Below, in pieces: positions 40,849 through 51,106 of a stretch of 64,000 bases of DNA. The DNA comes from Elusimicrobiales bacterium (GTDB lineage Bacteria; Elusimicrobiota; Elusimicrobia; Elusimicrobiales; UBA9959): contig JBMFKQ010000003.1 of assembly GCA_049972095.1 (NCBI GenBank), forward strand, positions 1 to 64,000, read 5' to 3'. The notes under the pieces are model-generated. The model saw only the letters and a list, made by a program, of their open reading frames with translations, ran no database searches and had not been told where the DNA came from. The translations under genes were made by a program, and so were the position numbers. Each line of letters opens with the position of its first letter. The stretch's first letter is position 1.

Positions 40849-40921
40849 GGCACCGTAGCTCAGGGGTAAGAGCGGGCGTTTCATAAGCGCTAGGTCGGAG
40901 GTTCGATTCCTCCCGGTGCCA
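40849..40921 (+). tRNA. tRNA with CAU anticodon, most likely elongator tRNA-Met; CCA not encoded
   Basis: Acceptor GGCACCG/CGGTGCC with paired 1-72 (so not initiator), anticodon arm GGCGT-TTCATAA-GCGCT, T loop TTCGATT; extended -10 TGATATAAT at 40830-40838. tRNA-Ile2 is not fully excluded. Confidence 0.9.
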
Positions 40922-40949
40922 TTAGATTAAGAGTTTTTTAAAAAAAAAG

Positions 40950-41417
40950 ATGGAAGATATAATTCTCACAGAGGAAGGTTTAAGGAAAATAAGAGAAGAG
41001 CTTCAAAAGCTTTATAAAGAAAGAGATGAGATAAACAAAGAGATTGAAGATGCAAGAGAGCAGGGTGATTTGACGGAGAACGCGGGATATCAATATGCAA
41101 AAGAAAAACAGGGAATTATCTTCAGGAGAATAACAGAGCTTGAAACTTTGATCAAAAATGCAAAGGTAGTAGATAAATCAAATATAAGCAAGGATGAAGT
41201 TAGAATAGGGGCAAAGATAGAGGTTTTAAATATTGAAACATCTCAAAAATTTTTTTATCAGATAGTATCTATAGCTGAAAGCAATCCACTTGAGGGGAAG
41301 ATATCTGTAAGCTCTCCACTGGGTGAAGGGCTTCTTGGAGCAAAAGTTGGAGAAGAAAGAATCATCAATCTTCCATCGGGAAATAAAAGGTTAAGGGTAA
41401 TATCTATAGAATATTAA
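40950..41417 (+). CDS. greA: Transcription elongation factor GreA
   Basis: LTEEG, AREQGDLTENAGY, ISVSSPLG..LLG. Confidence 0.95.
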   Translation: MEDIILTEEGLRKIREELQKLYKERDEINKEIEDAREQGDLTENAGYQYAKEKQGIIFRRITELETLIKNAKVVDKSNISKDEVRIGAKIEVLNIETSQKFFYQIVSIAESNPLEGKISVSSPLGEGLLGAKVGEERIINLPSGNKRLRVISIEY

Positions 41418-41443
41418 TAGGATTCTAACAAGGGAGGTTTTTT

Positions 41444-42793
41444 ATGCCATTTTGGGGGCAGAGAGATGAAACACCTAAACCACAATCACCTCAACCATCA
41501 TCAGATATATCGAAATTCTCAAATCTTGAAGAAGCTTATAACAATCTTGTAGATTCAAAGATGAAATCACCTGCTATAGATCTTGCGATTAAGGCAAGTG
41601 ATATGATCCTTGAGTTTGCAGTAAAAGAAAGGGCAAGCGATGTACATATAGAAGGACAAGGGCAGAAGCTAAGGGTTAGATTTAGAATAGATGGCATACT
41701 ACATGATGTTTTAAATGTTCCAAGAAATCCTCAAATTCCATTAACACAAAGAATAAGGGTCCTTGCAGGATTTGATCCGGAGCCACCATCAACATATAGA
41801 AATGAAGAAGGAAGATTTCAAAAGATAATAAATGGAAGAACGATACAGGTTAGAGTTTCATCATTTCCAACAATAAACGGTGAAAAACTTGTTTTAAGAG
41901 TTCTTGATAAGGGGCAGCTTGGCCTTGATATAGAGCAACTCGGAATGGAAGCAGATACACTTTCTCTAATTAAAAAGGTTATAAGAAATCCTTATGGCAT
42001 ATTCTTTGTAACAGGAGCAACCGGCTCGGGTAAAACCACAACACTTTATGCAATGCTTAAAAACATAAACAATCCAGCAATAAACATAATAACCCTTGAA
42101 GACCCTGTTGAATACCGACTTGAAGGCATAAATCAGGCTCAAATAGACTTTAAAAGAGGTTTTATATGGTCTGAGGGTTTGAGAACTATACTCAGGCAAG
42201 ATCCTGATGTTATAATGATAGGAGAGATAAGGGATTATGAAACTGCAGAGATATCACTGAGAGCTGCTCTTACAGGACATCTCTTGTTTACAACAATACA
42301 CACAATAAATGCTCCAAGCACAATAGAAAGACTATTTGAGATGGGGATACCACCATTTCTTATAGCTTCATCCATGATAGGAGCAATGTCTCAAAGGCTT
42401 GTTAGAAAGGTTTGTCAAAAATGCTCAAAAAAAGCTGCACCCCCAACAGATGCAAGTGTGAATGAGTTTGTGAAAAATATGGATCCATTAGAGGCTAAGC
42501 TTGTTAAAGAACTTCTTCTGATGCCAAACTCAGACTATAGAGTTGCAAATGAGGGGGGATGTCCTGATTGTAGAAATACAGGCTATATGGGAAGAACTGG
42601 AATTTTTGAATTGATGCTTATGAGTGAGGATATAAGAAAAGAGGTTCTTAATCACTCAACCACAGATGTAATAAAAAAGGTTGCCATTCAAACAGGAAAG
42701 ATGAGAACACTTCTTATGGATGGAATCCTTAAAGCAAGAAATGGCATAACAACCCTTGCGGAGGTTATAAGAGTAACTGCAACAATGGTTTAA
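41444..42793 (+). CDS. GspE/PulE/PilB family secretion or pilus ATPase
   Basis: ASDVHIE, RFRIDG, Walker A GATGSGKTT, EDPVE, LRQDPDVIMIGEIRD, TGHL, Zn motifs CQKC and CPDC. Confidence 0.92.
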   Translation: MPFWGQRDETPKPQSPQPSSDISKFSNLEEAYNNLVDSKMKSPAIDLAIKASDMILEFAVKERASDVHIEGQGQKLRVRFRIDGILHDVLNVPRNPQIPLTQRIRVLAGFDPEPPSTYRNEEGRFQKIINGRTIQVRVSSFPTINGEKLVLRVLDKGQLGLDIEQLGMEADTLSLIKKVIRNPYGIFFVTGATGSGKTTTLYAMLKNINNPAINIITLEDPVEYRLEGINQAQIDFKRGFIWSEGLRTILRQDPDVIMIGEIRDYETAEISLRAALTGHLLFTTIHTINAPSTIERLFEMGIPPFLIASSMIGAMSQRLVRKVCQKCSKKAAPPTDASVNEFVKNMDPLEAKLVKELLLMPNSDYRVANEGGCPDCRNTGYMGRTGIFELMLMSEDIRKEVLNHSTTDVIKKVAIQTGKMRTLLMDGILKARNGITTLAEVIRVTATMV

Positions 42794-43740
42794 TGAAACT
42801 TGCAGTTCTTAAATTTGGGGGAAGTTCACTTTCAAACTCAAAAAGAATAATATACATAGCATTGAGAATTAAGCAATATCTTGAATTTTATGATAGGATT
42901 GTCGTAGTTCTTTCAGCACCAGCAAACATAACTGATGAACTCTCCCTTATACATAAAGCTGTCTCATCATTAAACCCTCCTGCATCTCTTCTTCAAATAG
43001 GTGAGCTCATAAGCATTTCATTAATGGAATCAGCAGTTAGAGAGAAAAATGTTTCTGCTAAAGCACTTAATCATTATGAGATTTCAATAATTGCAGAGGG
43101 TAATGAAAGCGATGCCAAACTTATTTCTATTAACGAGAAAAGACTTAAAAATGAATTAAGAAGATATAGGGTTTTAATACTCCCTGGATTTATCGCGCAC
43201 ACAAGAAAAATGAAGCCTGTGACACTTGGGAGAGGTGGTAGTGATTATACTGCTGTTTTTTTATCAGATATCCTTTCATCACCCTGTTATCTTTACAGTG
43301 ATATAAAGGGAATATACTCTTCAAATCCATTACAAATAGCAGATGCACTAAAATTAGAAAAGGTCTCATATTCAGAGCTTTCAAGGATGATAGAATGTGG
43401 TGTTCAAATAAGACAGATTAAGGCAGTCAACTTTGCTTTAAGAAAAAAAATAAAACTTTATCTCGGCTCAAGTTTCCTTTCAGATGAAAAACCAACAGAG
43501 ATTTCAAAAGATACATCAGACAAACGCATAAAGTTTATATCAAGGCATGAGATTGAAAAAACAACTCTTTTTTTTGTAGCAAATAAGATAGAGAGCAGAG
43601 AGCAAATTATCAAAGAGATAAAAGCATCATTTCCACAATCATCAATAAAGTTAAAAAAAGATATACTTATTTTAAAAAATCAAAATCCAGTATCAGACAA
43701 AAGGTTCAGTGAAACCCACAGAAGATTTATTCTTAAATAA
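42793..43740 (+). CDS. Aspartate kinase-like protein with a shortened C-terminal regulatory region
   Basis: KFGGSS, VVLSA, GELIS, TLGRGGSDYTA, SDIKGIYSSNP; 315 aa. Confidence 0.85.
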   Translation: MKLAVLKFGGSSLSNSKRIIYIALRIKQYLEFYDRIVVVLSAPANITDELSLIHKAVSSLNPPASLLQIGELISISLMESAVREKNVSAKALNHYEISIIAEGNESDAKLISINEKRLKNELRRYRVLILPGFIAHTRKMKPVTLGRGGSDYTAVFLSDILSSPCYLYSDIKGIYSSNPLQIADALKLEKVSYSELSRMIECGVQIRQIKAVNFALRKKIKLYLGSSFLSDEKPTEISKDTSDKRIKFISRHEIEKTTLFFVANKIESREQIIKEIKASFPQSSIKLKKDILILKNQNPVSDKRFSETHRRFILK

Positions 43741-43849
43741 CAACCATTGAAAATATATTTGTATTTAATTAAGAGGAAGGTGCTATTTGTGGTTTATTCA
43801 ACCTTTCTAAAATCAGATGTTTGTGGTGATAGTGTTTCTAAGGATTATT

Positions 43850-44047
43850 TTATTCACCTTTTGACTGCAAGACCACAGGTAAAAATGCTAAACTCAAAGC
43901 AATAACTACAACACTATAAAAAAAGGCATAAGAATAAAGTTCACTAATATCATAAATATCGGATATGGTTTTCTTAAAAAGATAAATACTAAATATTATA
44001 CCACAACACCAAAGAGATGAAAAAAATAATTTTAAAAGAATTCTCAT
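43850..44047 (-). CDS. Small hypothetical membrane protein
   Basis: 65 aa with two hydrophobic segments; starts about 10 nt after the ribF stop on the same strand. Confidence 0.45.
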   Translation of the reverse strand: MRILLKLFFSSLWCCGIIFSIYLFKKTISDIYDISELYSYAFFYSVVVIALSLAFLPVVLQSKGE

Positions 44048-44056
44048 ATTAAAATT

Positions 44057-44968
44057 TTAACATTTTTTTTGATTCATTTGTTCGAAAAAGTAGCCCTTTG
44101 CTCTCTCGATATCATTTTTTATTTCACATACAAGTTCATCAGCACTTCTGAATTTTTTTTCTTCTCTTATTTTATGAAGAAACTTAATACCTAAAAGCTC
44201 TCCATATATATCTTTATTGAAATCAAATATATGAACCTCACATATAATCTGGCCACCTAAGGTATTAAAGGTAGGACGTTTTCCAACATTTGCCACTCCC
44301 CTCAATCTTTCATTTCTTAAATTAACCTCAACAGCAAAGATACCCAATGGCAGTATCTTTCTAATATCAACCTCTATATTGGCTGTTGGATATCCAAGTC
44401 TGCGCCCTATACCAGCGCCTTTTTTAACAATGCCGTAAAGAGAATAAGGTCTTGCAAGAAGCTCTTTAACCTCATCAACCTTGCCTTTTTTCAAAAATTC
44501 TCTAACAAGTGTTGAGGAAACTATGTGATTGTGATACTTGATATAATCCACGATGTGAACTGAAAAGTTCTTATCTCTTGCAAAATTAAATAACCATTCA
44601 AGATTTCCTCTTCTCTGATAGCCAATCGCAAAATCTTTTCCAACAACAATATCTTCAACAGCGCATTGAGAGAATACAAATTTATTAAAAAAATCCTCAG
44701 GGCTCATTGTATGAACTTTATTATTAAATTCAATGGAAAAGATTTTTTCTACTCCATAGTTCTTGATAAGAGATCTTCTTTCTTCAGGAAGGGTTATTAA
44801 GGAATTTACAAGCTCATTTTTAAAATAAAGCTTCGGAGGTGTTTCAAGAAAAAATATAGAAGATTCAATCTTTTTATGATGTGATATTTCTATAATTTTA
44901 TTCAATATAGCTTGGTGCCCAATATGAAGCCCATCATAGCTTCCTATAGTCATAACATTCCTTTTCAT
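44057..44968 (-). CDS. ribF: Bifunctional riboflavin kinase/FAD synthetase
   Basis: GSYDGLHIGH, VSSTLVR, GRRLGYPTAN, EVHIFDF..DIYG. Confidence 0.96.
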   Translation of the reverse strand: MKRNVMTIGSYDGLHIGHQAILNKIIEISHHKKIESSIFFLETPPKLYFKNELVNSLITLPEERRSLIKNYGVEKIFSIEFNNKVHTMSPEDFFNKFVFSQCAVEDIVVGKDFAIGYQRRGNLEWLFNFARDKNFSVHIVDYIKYHNHIVSSTLVREFLKKGKVDEVKELLARPYSLYGIVKKGAGIGRRLGYPTANIEVDIRKILPLGIFAVEVNLRNERLRGVANVGKRPTFNTLGGQIICEVHIFDFNKDIYGELLGIKFLHKIREEKKFRSADELVCEIKNDIERAKGYFFEQMNQKKC

Positions 44969-45642
44969 TTTATTTTGATAACAAGATTTTTGATTTCATC
45001 AATACCCATCTTCTCAAATTTATCTATACTCACAGCATTATTTATAGAGTATTCTCCTATCTCAACCCTTCTCAAAGATGATAATGTTCCACCACATCCA
45101 AGAACCTCACCAAGTTGATGTGCGATTGATCTTACATATGTCCCACTTGAGCATTTTATCTTAAATCTAATACTTCTATCATAATACTTCCATTCAAGCC
45201 ATTTAACTCTTACAGTTTTTTTTACAATGGGAGTTGGAAGTTTTTTTCTTGCAAGTTTATAGAGAGTTTGTCCTTTATATTTAACAGCGGAGTAGGGAGG
45301 TACCCTTTGAACTATTGTGCCTTCAAAAAGCGATATACCTTTTTTAATGGCGGAGTAAGGTATATTTAAATTATCAATCTTTTTGATTATCCTTCCTTCT
45401 ATATCCCATGTATCTGTAACAATGCCAAGTTTTATCTCACCCTCATAAACCTTTTCCATCATTTGGAATTCATTTTGCTTTTTTGTGGAAACTCCGATAA
45501 GAATTATCAAAAGACCACTTGCCATTGGATCAAGGCTTCCGCTATGTCCAACCCTTTTAATTCCTGTTTTTTTTCTAACAATATTAACAACATCATGAGA
45601 TGTTAAACCAATAGGTTTGTCAAATAGTATTATACCATCCAT
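44965..45642 (-). CDS. truB: tRNA pseudouridine(55) synthase (no C-terminal PUA domain)
   Basis: DKPIGLTSH, GHSGSLDP, PPYSAVK, CSSGTYVRS. Confidence 0.95.
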   Translation of the reverse strand: MDGIILFDKPIGLTSHDVVNIVRKKTGIKRVGHSGSLDPMASGLLIILIGVSTKKQNEFQMMEKVYEGEIKLGIVTDTWDIEGRIIKKIDNLNIPYSAIKKGISLFEGTIVQRVPPYSAVKYKGQTLYKLARKKLPTPIVKKTVRVKWLEWKYYDRSIRFKIKCSSGTYVRSIAHQLGEVLGCGGTLSSLRRVEIGEYSINNAVSIDKFEKMGIDEIKNLVIKIK

Positions 45643-46628
45643 TAATGTGCTATTTTTTTCCTTATTTCTCTACTGAGGTATTCTTTAATCTTCTGTTTTA
45701 AAATCTCTATATCTTTAATTTCTTTTTTTGGTATTTTAAAGCCGCTTGCAGTTATATGCCCACCACCACCGAATCTTGATGCTACATAGGAAACATCTAT
45801 ATTTTTTTTTGATCTGAATGTAACACTATATTTTTCAGAGTCCTCTTTTATAAGAAATACAGCAAGAACATCTTCAAGCATCATTGGATAATTAATTATG
45901 TTGTCGGTATCTGTGAAATTAGCCTTATATTTTTTGAAATCGCTTTCTTTTATAACCATTGATGCAATTGAGTTATCAATCTCAAGGCTTGAAAGGGCAA
46001 CTGAAAGAAGCTTAAGGTTTTTATATGTAGTTCTATTAAAAAATACCTCATTTATCCTGTAAAAATCAATACCTAACGACATAAGATTGCTAACAATCTT
46101 AAGGGTTTGTGGTCTTGTTTGAGGATATTGAAATCTACCTGTGTCTGTTATTATTCCAGCATACAGATTAACTGCCATCGTTGGTGTTATAGAGGCACCC
46201 ATTTTTTTAATAACAGAATATATAATCTCTGAGGTTGATGGATAGTCGGGATAGATTATATTAAGATCTGCATATCTTTCAGCAGTTATATGGTGATCTA
46301 TGCTAATTGTTTTTCTAAATCTGAAATCAGATATATCAATACCTGACCTTTGAGGTACTGAGCACTCAAAAAAAACAGCGGTATCAAAGACTTTCAAGAT
46401 TATCTTATCCTTCACATCCTTCACGCCGGGAAGTGTCATAAGAGCGTTGTTAAGTTTATCATGAGAATACATATAAACCTTTTTCCCTTTCCCTTTCAAA
46501 AACTCAGCAAAACATAGCATGCTTCCGCATGCATCTGCATCCGGAATCATATGAATAGTGAGAAAAAAGGTTTTAGAAGAATCTATAATTTCTTTAAGAG
46601 CTTTTATTTTTTTTATCATCCCAGGCAT
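45642..46628 (-). CDS. nrnA: DHH/DHHA1 oligoribonuclease/PAP phosphatase
   Basis: H..PDADACGS, IDHH, DTGRF, GGGGH; start is 46628 or 46619. Confidence 0.88.
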   Translation of the reverse strand: MPGMIKKIKALKEIIDSSKTFFLTIHMIPDADACGSMLCFAEFLKGKGKKVYMYSHDKLNNALMTLPGVKDVKDKIILKVFDTAVFFECSVPQRSGIDISDFRFRKTISIDHHITAERYADLNIIYPDYPSTSEIIYSVIKKMGASITPTMAVNLYAGIITDTGRFQYPQTRPQTLKIVSNLMSLGIDFYRINEVFFNRTTYKNLKLLSVALSSLEIDNSIASMVIKESDFKKYKANFTDTDNIINYPMMLEDVLAVFLIKEDSEKYSVTFRSKKNIDVSYVASRFGGGGHITASGFKIPKKEIKDIEILKQKIKEYLSREIRKKIAH

Positions 46629-46980
46629 TATTTTTCTCCGACTCTATTTTTTTAAGTATCTCTTCTATTCTGCTTGCATGTTGTGGAGTTGGATCATAAA
46701 TGAAATAAAGATTTGGGATAAACCTCGTTTTTATCCTTTTCCCTACAAACTGTCTTATCTCAGTTGCAAGGCTGTCTAAGAAAGATTTCACCTCATCTAT
46801 TTTATTCTGATTATTATTCCCAAAAATTGAGAAATAAATATTAACAGATTTACCTTTATTTATAATCTCAGCATCAGTAACTGTCACGAAAGCAATCTCT
46901 TTTAGTTCCTCATTTCTCAAAAGAAGGCTGTTTATCTCCTCAAGAAGTGATGATTTAAGCTTATCCTCTTTGAAATTCAT
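46594..46980 (-). CDS. rbfA: Ribosome-binding factor A
   Basis: FVTVT, RFIPNLYF.YD; follows infB; SD AGGAGG before ATG 46980. Confidence 0.9.
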   Translation of the reverse strand: MNFKEDKLKSSLLEEINSLLLRNEELKEIAFVTVTDAEIINKGKSVNIYFSIFGNNNQNKIDEVKSFLDSLATEIRQFVGKRIKTRFIPNLYFIYDPTPQHASRIEEILKKIESEKNNAWDDKKNKSS

Positions 46981-49237
46981 CAATCCTCCTGATTCTTTCT
47001 TCTTTGATATATGCCTCTATTACATCTCCAACCTCAAAATTTCTGCATCCTTCAAGCATTATTCCACATTCGTATCCTTTCTCAACCTCCTTCACATCCT
47101 CTTTAAACCTCTTAAGCCCAATGATTTTAGCCTCTCCAATAACCTGAGAATTTCTGATTATCCTTACAAGAGAATTTCTTGTTATTTTACCTTCGCTAAC
47201 AACACAACCACAAACTCTTCCCGTTGATATATCAAATATTTGTTTTATATCAGCCCTTCCTATAACTACATCAACTATCTCCGGTTCAAGCATTCCATTT
47301 ATTGCTGCTTTTATATCATCAAAAAGCTCATATATAATTCTGTATATCCTTATTTCAACACCATTAGCTTTTGCCTTTTCCTTTATATCCTCACTCGCTT
47401 TGACATTAAAAGCAAATATTATAGCATTTGAAGCCTTTGCAAGAAGAAGATCTGATTCATTTATATCGCCTATACCAGTATGAAGGATGTGAATTACAAC
47501 CTCTGAATTTAAAAACTTTTCAAGGCTGTCTCTTATAGCCTGAAGTGAACCATAAACATCGCTCTTTATTATAATATTTAGTTTTTTTATCTCCTTCTGG
47601 TCTATCTGGGGTTTAAGTGAAAGAAGTGATATATTTTTTTGGTGAAGTATATTATCTTTTCTAAGCTGTTTTCTTTCTTCTGCAATTTTCCTTGCAATCC
47701 TCTCATTTTCCACAACCTTGAGTATATCACCCGGCACAGGGATCTCTTCGTTTATTCCAATTACCTCAGCTGGAACGCCCGGTGTTATCTCTTTCAATCT
47801 CTCTCCCCTATCTCCAATAAGTGCCCTTACCTTTCCAAAATCAGTTCCAACAATAAAGTTATCTCCTATTTTTATTGTTCCTCTTGTTGCTATGATCGTT
47901 GCAACAACACCTTTCTTTGAGTCTTTTTTCGCTTCAACAACAACAGCCCTTCCTTTTACATCATAGTTGGCTTTGAGCTCCATTATCTCAGCTTGAAGGA
48001 GAATCGTATTCAAAAGTTTGTCAATATTTATTTTTTTCTTGGCAGAGATCTCAACCATTGGGACCTTACCACCCCATTCCTCGGGTATAAGATTATAAGA
48101 TGAAAGTTGCTGTTTTACCTGTTGAGGATTTGCGCGAGGGAGATCTATCTTATTTATGGCAACTATTATTGGTACATTGGCTGCCTTTGCATGGTTTATT
48201 GCTTCAATTGTTTGAGGCATGACTCCGTCAACTGCGCAAACTACGAGTACAACTATATCTGTTATTTTAACTCCTTGAGCTCTCATCGCTGTGAAAGCTT
48301 CATGACCGGGAGTATCAAGCACGGTAATATTGCCCTTTGGGGTTCTAATCATATATGCACCTATATGCTGGGTTATTTGTCCTGCCTCTGTGTCAACAAC
48401 ATTTGAGTTTCTTAAAGCATCAAGAAGTGTTGTCTTTCCATGATCAACATGCCCCATTATTGTTATAACAGGCGGCCTCGTTTTCAACCTTGATGGGTCA
48501 TCTTTCTCATCTTCATCAACTATAACTGTATCATCAAAGACTGGTGCGAACTCAAGCTCATAGCCATAGTCAAGACTTATCAATGCTGCTACATCCTCTT
48601 CAAGCCTCTGGGTTATTGATGCAAATATTCCATATTCCATAAGTTTTTTTATAAGTTCCACTGAAGATATGCCAAGTTTTTCAGCAAGATCCTTAACTGT
48701 AAGAGATGTTGAAACCCTTAATTTTTTATACTCTACATCCTCTTTTTTCTCTATCTTTAAAAGATTTTTTTTTGTATTGATCTCTTCTTTTTTTTCCTTC
48801 TTTTCCTTAGGCTGTTCATCTTTCACCTTTTTCTTTTTGAGTTCTTGATATCTTGCTTTTGTAGTTTTTGTATCCTTTATTTCATATGTGATATAACTCC
48901 CTTCATCATTTTGATTAGCAGGAGTTTGCAATTCTTTTTCTTTTTCAGAAAGTAGTTGAGTGGTTTGAAGATCACTTCTGTGAATTTTTTTATCATTACT
49001 TTGTTTTTTCTTATCAGTTTCCAAAGTTTCAATCTCTTTTGCTTTTTCAATTTCCTTATCAGCACTTTCAACAATCTCAGCACTTGAAGTCTGTGATGTC
49101 GATTGATCGATTTTTTTTGCTTTAAGTTTTTCAAGAAAAGCTTTAGCCTTATTCCTATCTATTTCAACCTTAACCTTTTTCTTTGTCCCTCTTATCTCAT
49201 CAATAGTTTTCTTCTCTATCCTTTTATCTTGACTCAT
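46961..49237 (-). CDS. infB: Translation initiation factor IF-2
   Basis: GHVDHGKT, ITQHIGA, DTPGHEAF, NKID, LKRFKEDVKEV. Confidence 0.98.
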   Translation of the reverse strand: MSQDKRIEKKTIDEIRGTKKKVKVEIDRNKAKAFLEKLKAKKIDQSTSQTSSAEIVESADKEIEKAKEIETLETDKKKQSNDKKIHRSDLQTTQLLSEKEKELQTPANQNDEGSYITYEIKDTKTTKARYQELKKKKVKDEQPKEKKEKKEEINTKKNLLKIEKKEDVEYKKLRVSTSLTVKDLAEKLGISSVELIKKLMEYGIFASITQRLEEDVAALISLDYGYELEFAPVFDDTVIVDEDEKDDPSRLKTRPPVITIMGHVDHGKTTLLDALRNSNVVDTEAGQITQHIGAYMIRTPKGNITVLDTPGHEAFTAMRAQGVKITDIVVLVVCAVDGVMPQTIEAINHAKAANVPIIVAINKIDLPRANPQQVKQQLSSYNLIPEEWGGKVPMVEISAKKKINIDKLLNTILLQAEIMELKANYDVKGRAVVVEAKKDSKKGVVATIIATRGTIKIGDNFIVGTDFGKVRALIGDRGERLKEITPGVPAEVIGINEEIPVPGDILKVVENERIARKIAEERKQLRKDNILHQKNISLLSLKPQIDQKEIKKLNIIIKSDVYGSLQAIRDSLEKFLNSEVVIHILHTGIGDINESDLLLAKASNAIIFAFNVKASEDIKEKAKANGVEIRIYRIIYELFDDIKAAINGMLEPEIVDVVIGRADIKQIFDISTGRVCGCVVSEGKITRNSLVRIIRNSQVIGEAKIIGLKRFKEDVKEVEKGYECGIMLEGCRNFEVGDVIEAYIKEERIRRIDEFQRG

Positions 49238-49266
49238 AGAGTATGCTCCTTACCTTTATAAAGATA

Positions 49267-50559
49267 TTATCCTTTTTTATCATTGTTGTTCTTATCTTTA
49301 TTTTCAGAGAGGTATTTTTTAACCCCTTCAATTATCTTTTGAGCTGTCTTATCTCCTATTCCTGAAAGTGTAGAAAGTTCATCAGGCTTAAGCCCTATAA
49401 TTTTCTCAGGTGTTGAATAACCAAACTTGACGAGGGTTTCAGCTATCCTTTGGCTTATCCCTTCAATCTCCATAAGCTTTTTTACACTACTCCTAAAGTT
49501 TTCAGATATCTCCTTTTCCTTCTGGGATTCAGATTTTACCTCAAAAGTGTAGTCTGTAAGTTTCTCAACCAAAGCCCTGTTTATTCCATCTCTTCCAACA
49601 GCCATATCTATTTGATCGTCAGCGACTATAACAATTGCTCTTTTATTCAGCTTGTCTATTGAAACTGAACTAACCTTTGCAGGGGAAAAGGCTTTTGCTA
49701 TTATCTGAACTATATCCTCAGAATAAGGGATCAGATCTATCTTCTCATTCGATATCTCAGCCATTATTGCTTTTATCCTTGAACCTTTAACACCAACACA
49801 TGCTCCCACAGGATCAATTTTTGATGAGTTACTTTTAACTATTATCTTTGATCTTACACCTGGCTCCCTAACAACCTTCACAATTTCTACTATGCCATCA
49901 TATATCTCCGGTATTTCATTTTGAAATATGGCTTTAAGAAACTCTATTGATGCTCTGGATAGGATTATCTGAGGGGTTCTATTCTTTTCAACCCTCTGTA
50001 TTATTGCCTTTATTCTGTCGTTAACAGAATACCTCTCTTTTTTTATCTGCTCTGAAAAAGGAAGGATTGCCTCAGCCTTACCAAGATTTACAAGTATATC
50101 CCTGTTGTTTATATGCGTGACAAGGCCACTAACTATTTCACCAACTCGTGGTGAAAACTCTGAGTAAACCTTTTCTCTTTCTGAAATCCTTATTTTCTGA
50201 AGAAGCGTTTGTTTTGCTATTTGAGATGCTATTCTTGAAAAATCTCTAACATCAATCGGTATTCTGATCTTTTCACCTATTTTTGCATCAGCCTTATATT
50301 TTTTAGCCTCCTCAAGTGATATCTCAAGCTCATCAACCCCAACCTCATCAACAACATCCTTAACAAAATATGCTTTTACCTCTGCTGTTTCATTATCAAC
50401 ATCAGCCTCAATCTGGACAAGCTTACCATAGTATTTTCTAAGAGCAGTAATTGTAGCATCTGCTATGGTCTTAAATATCTCATCTTTTTTTATATTTTTA
50501 TCCTTTTCAAGCTGTTCAATTATAGCCATAAATTCACCTTTTTTGAATGTTTTGTCCAT
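49267..50559 (-). CDS. nusA: Transcription termination factor NusA with C-terminal HhH extension
   Basis: IAKQ, S1 and KH domains, REPG.RSK, DPVGACVG; SD before ATG 50559. Confidence 0.96.
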   Translation of the reverse strand: MDKTFKKGEFMAIIEQLEKDKNIKKDEIFKTIADATITALRKYYGKLVQIEADVDNETAEVKAYFVKDVVDEVGVDELEISLEEAKKYKADAKIGEKIRIPIDVRDFSRIASQIAKQTLLQKIRISEREKVYSEFSPRVGEIVSGLVTHINNRDILVNLGKAEAILPFSEQIKKERYSVNDRIKAIIQRVEKNRTPQIILSRASIEFLKAIFQNEIPEIYDGIVEIVKVVREPGVRSKIIVKSNSSKIDPVGACVGVKGSRIKAIMAEISNEKIDLIPYSEDIVQIIAKAFSPAKVSSVSIDKLNKRAIVIVADDQIDMAVGRDGINRALVEKLTDYTFEVKSESQKEKEISENFRSSVKKLMEIEGISQRIAETLVKFGYSTPEKIIGLKPDELSTLSGIGDKTAQKIIEGVKKYLSENKDKNNNDKKG

Positions 50560-50571
50560 AAGCACTCCTTT

Positions 50572-51039
50572 TTAATAATTTCCTAAATCTTTAAAGATCT
50601 CACTATCATCAGGATTAAGCCTTATCTCCTCTATATCATTCATGTTAAACTCAAGATTTTCAAAAATTGCCTTTCCATCTTTGAAACCAACTATCCTTGA
50701 ATAATAAACCCTCGTTCCTTCAAAAGGTTTTTTGAGAAGAATCTTTACTTCTTTCCCCTTAAATCTCTCAAAATCCTTAGGCTTTTTTATAATTCTATCT
50801 ATACCAGGTGATGAGACCTCAAGAATATATGAACCATCTATAATAGAGTTCATATCTATAAATGAACCTATTTTATCTGACCACTCCTCACAGTCCTTTA
50901 TTGTAACGCTACCATTTTCTTTGTCAATGAAGATTTGAAGTGTAATATCTTTACCCCTCAATATTCTCAAGTCAACTATCTCAAAACCACTGTTTTCAAA
51001 AAGAGGTATAAGTTTTTTCTCAAGCTCACCAAGATTCAT
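50572..51039 (-). CDS. rimP: Ribosome maturation factor RimP
   Basis: LQIFID, YILEVSSPGIDR. Confidence 0.95.
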   Translation of the reverse strand: MNLGELEKKLIPLFENSGFEIVDLRILRGKDITLQIFIDKENGSVTIKDCEEWSDKIGSFIDMNSIIDGSYILEVSSPGIDRIIKKPKDFERFKGKEVKILLKKPFEGTRVYYSRIVGFKDGKAIFENLEFNMNDIEEIRLNPDDSEIFKDLGNY

Positions 51040-51056
51040 AATTCTTCCTCTATAAT

Positions 51057-51082
51057 AAAAAAGTGGCTTTTAAAGCCACTTT
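51057..51082 (-). terminator. Terminator-like hairpin in the rimP 5' leader (rimP leader)
   Basis: Minus strand AAAGTGGCT-TTAAA-AGCCACTTT followed by a U-tract, lying between the promoter and the rimP SD. Confidence 0.75.
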
Positions 51083-51106
51083 CAGCCTTAAAAGGACTAT
51101 GAATAT

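Noticed and set aside
10850..40921. tRNA-anchored genomic islands
   Set aside because: No integrase, no duplicated tRNA 3' end noticed, and flanking genes are core or envelope genes
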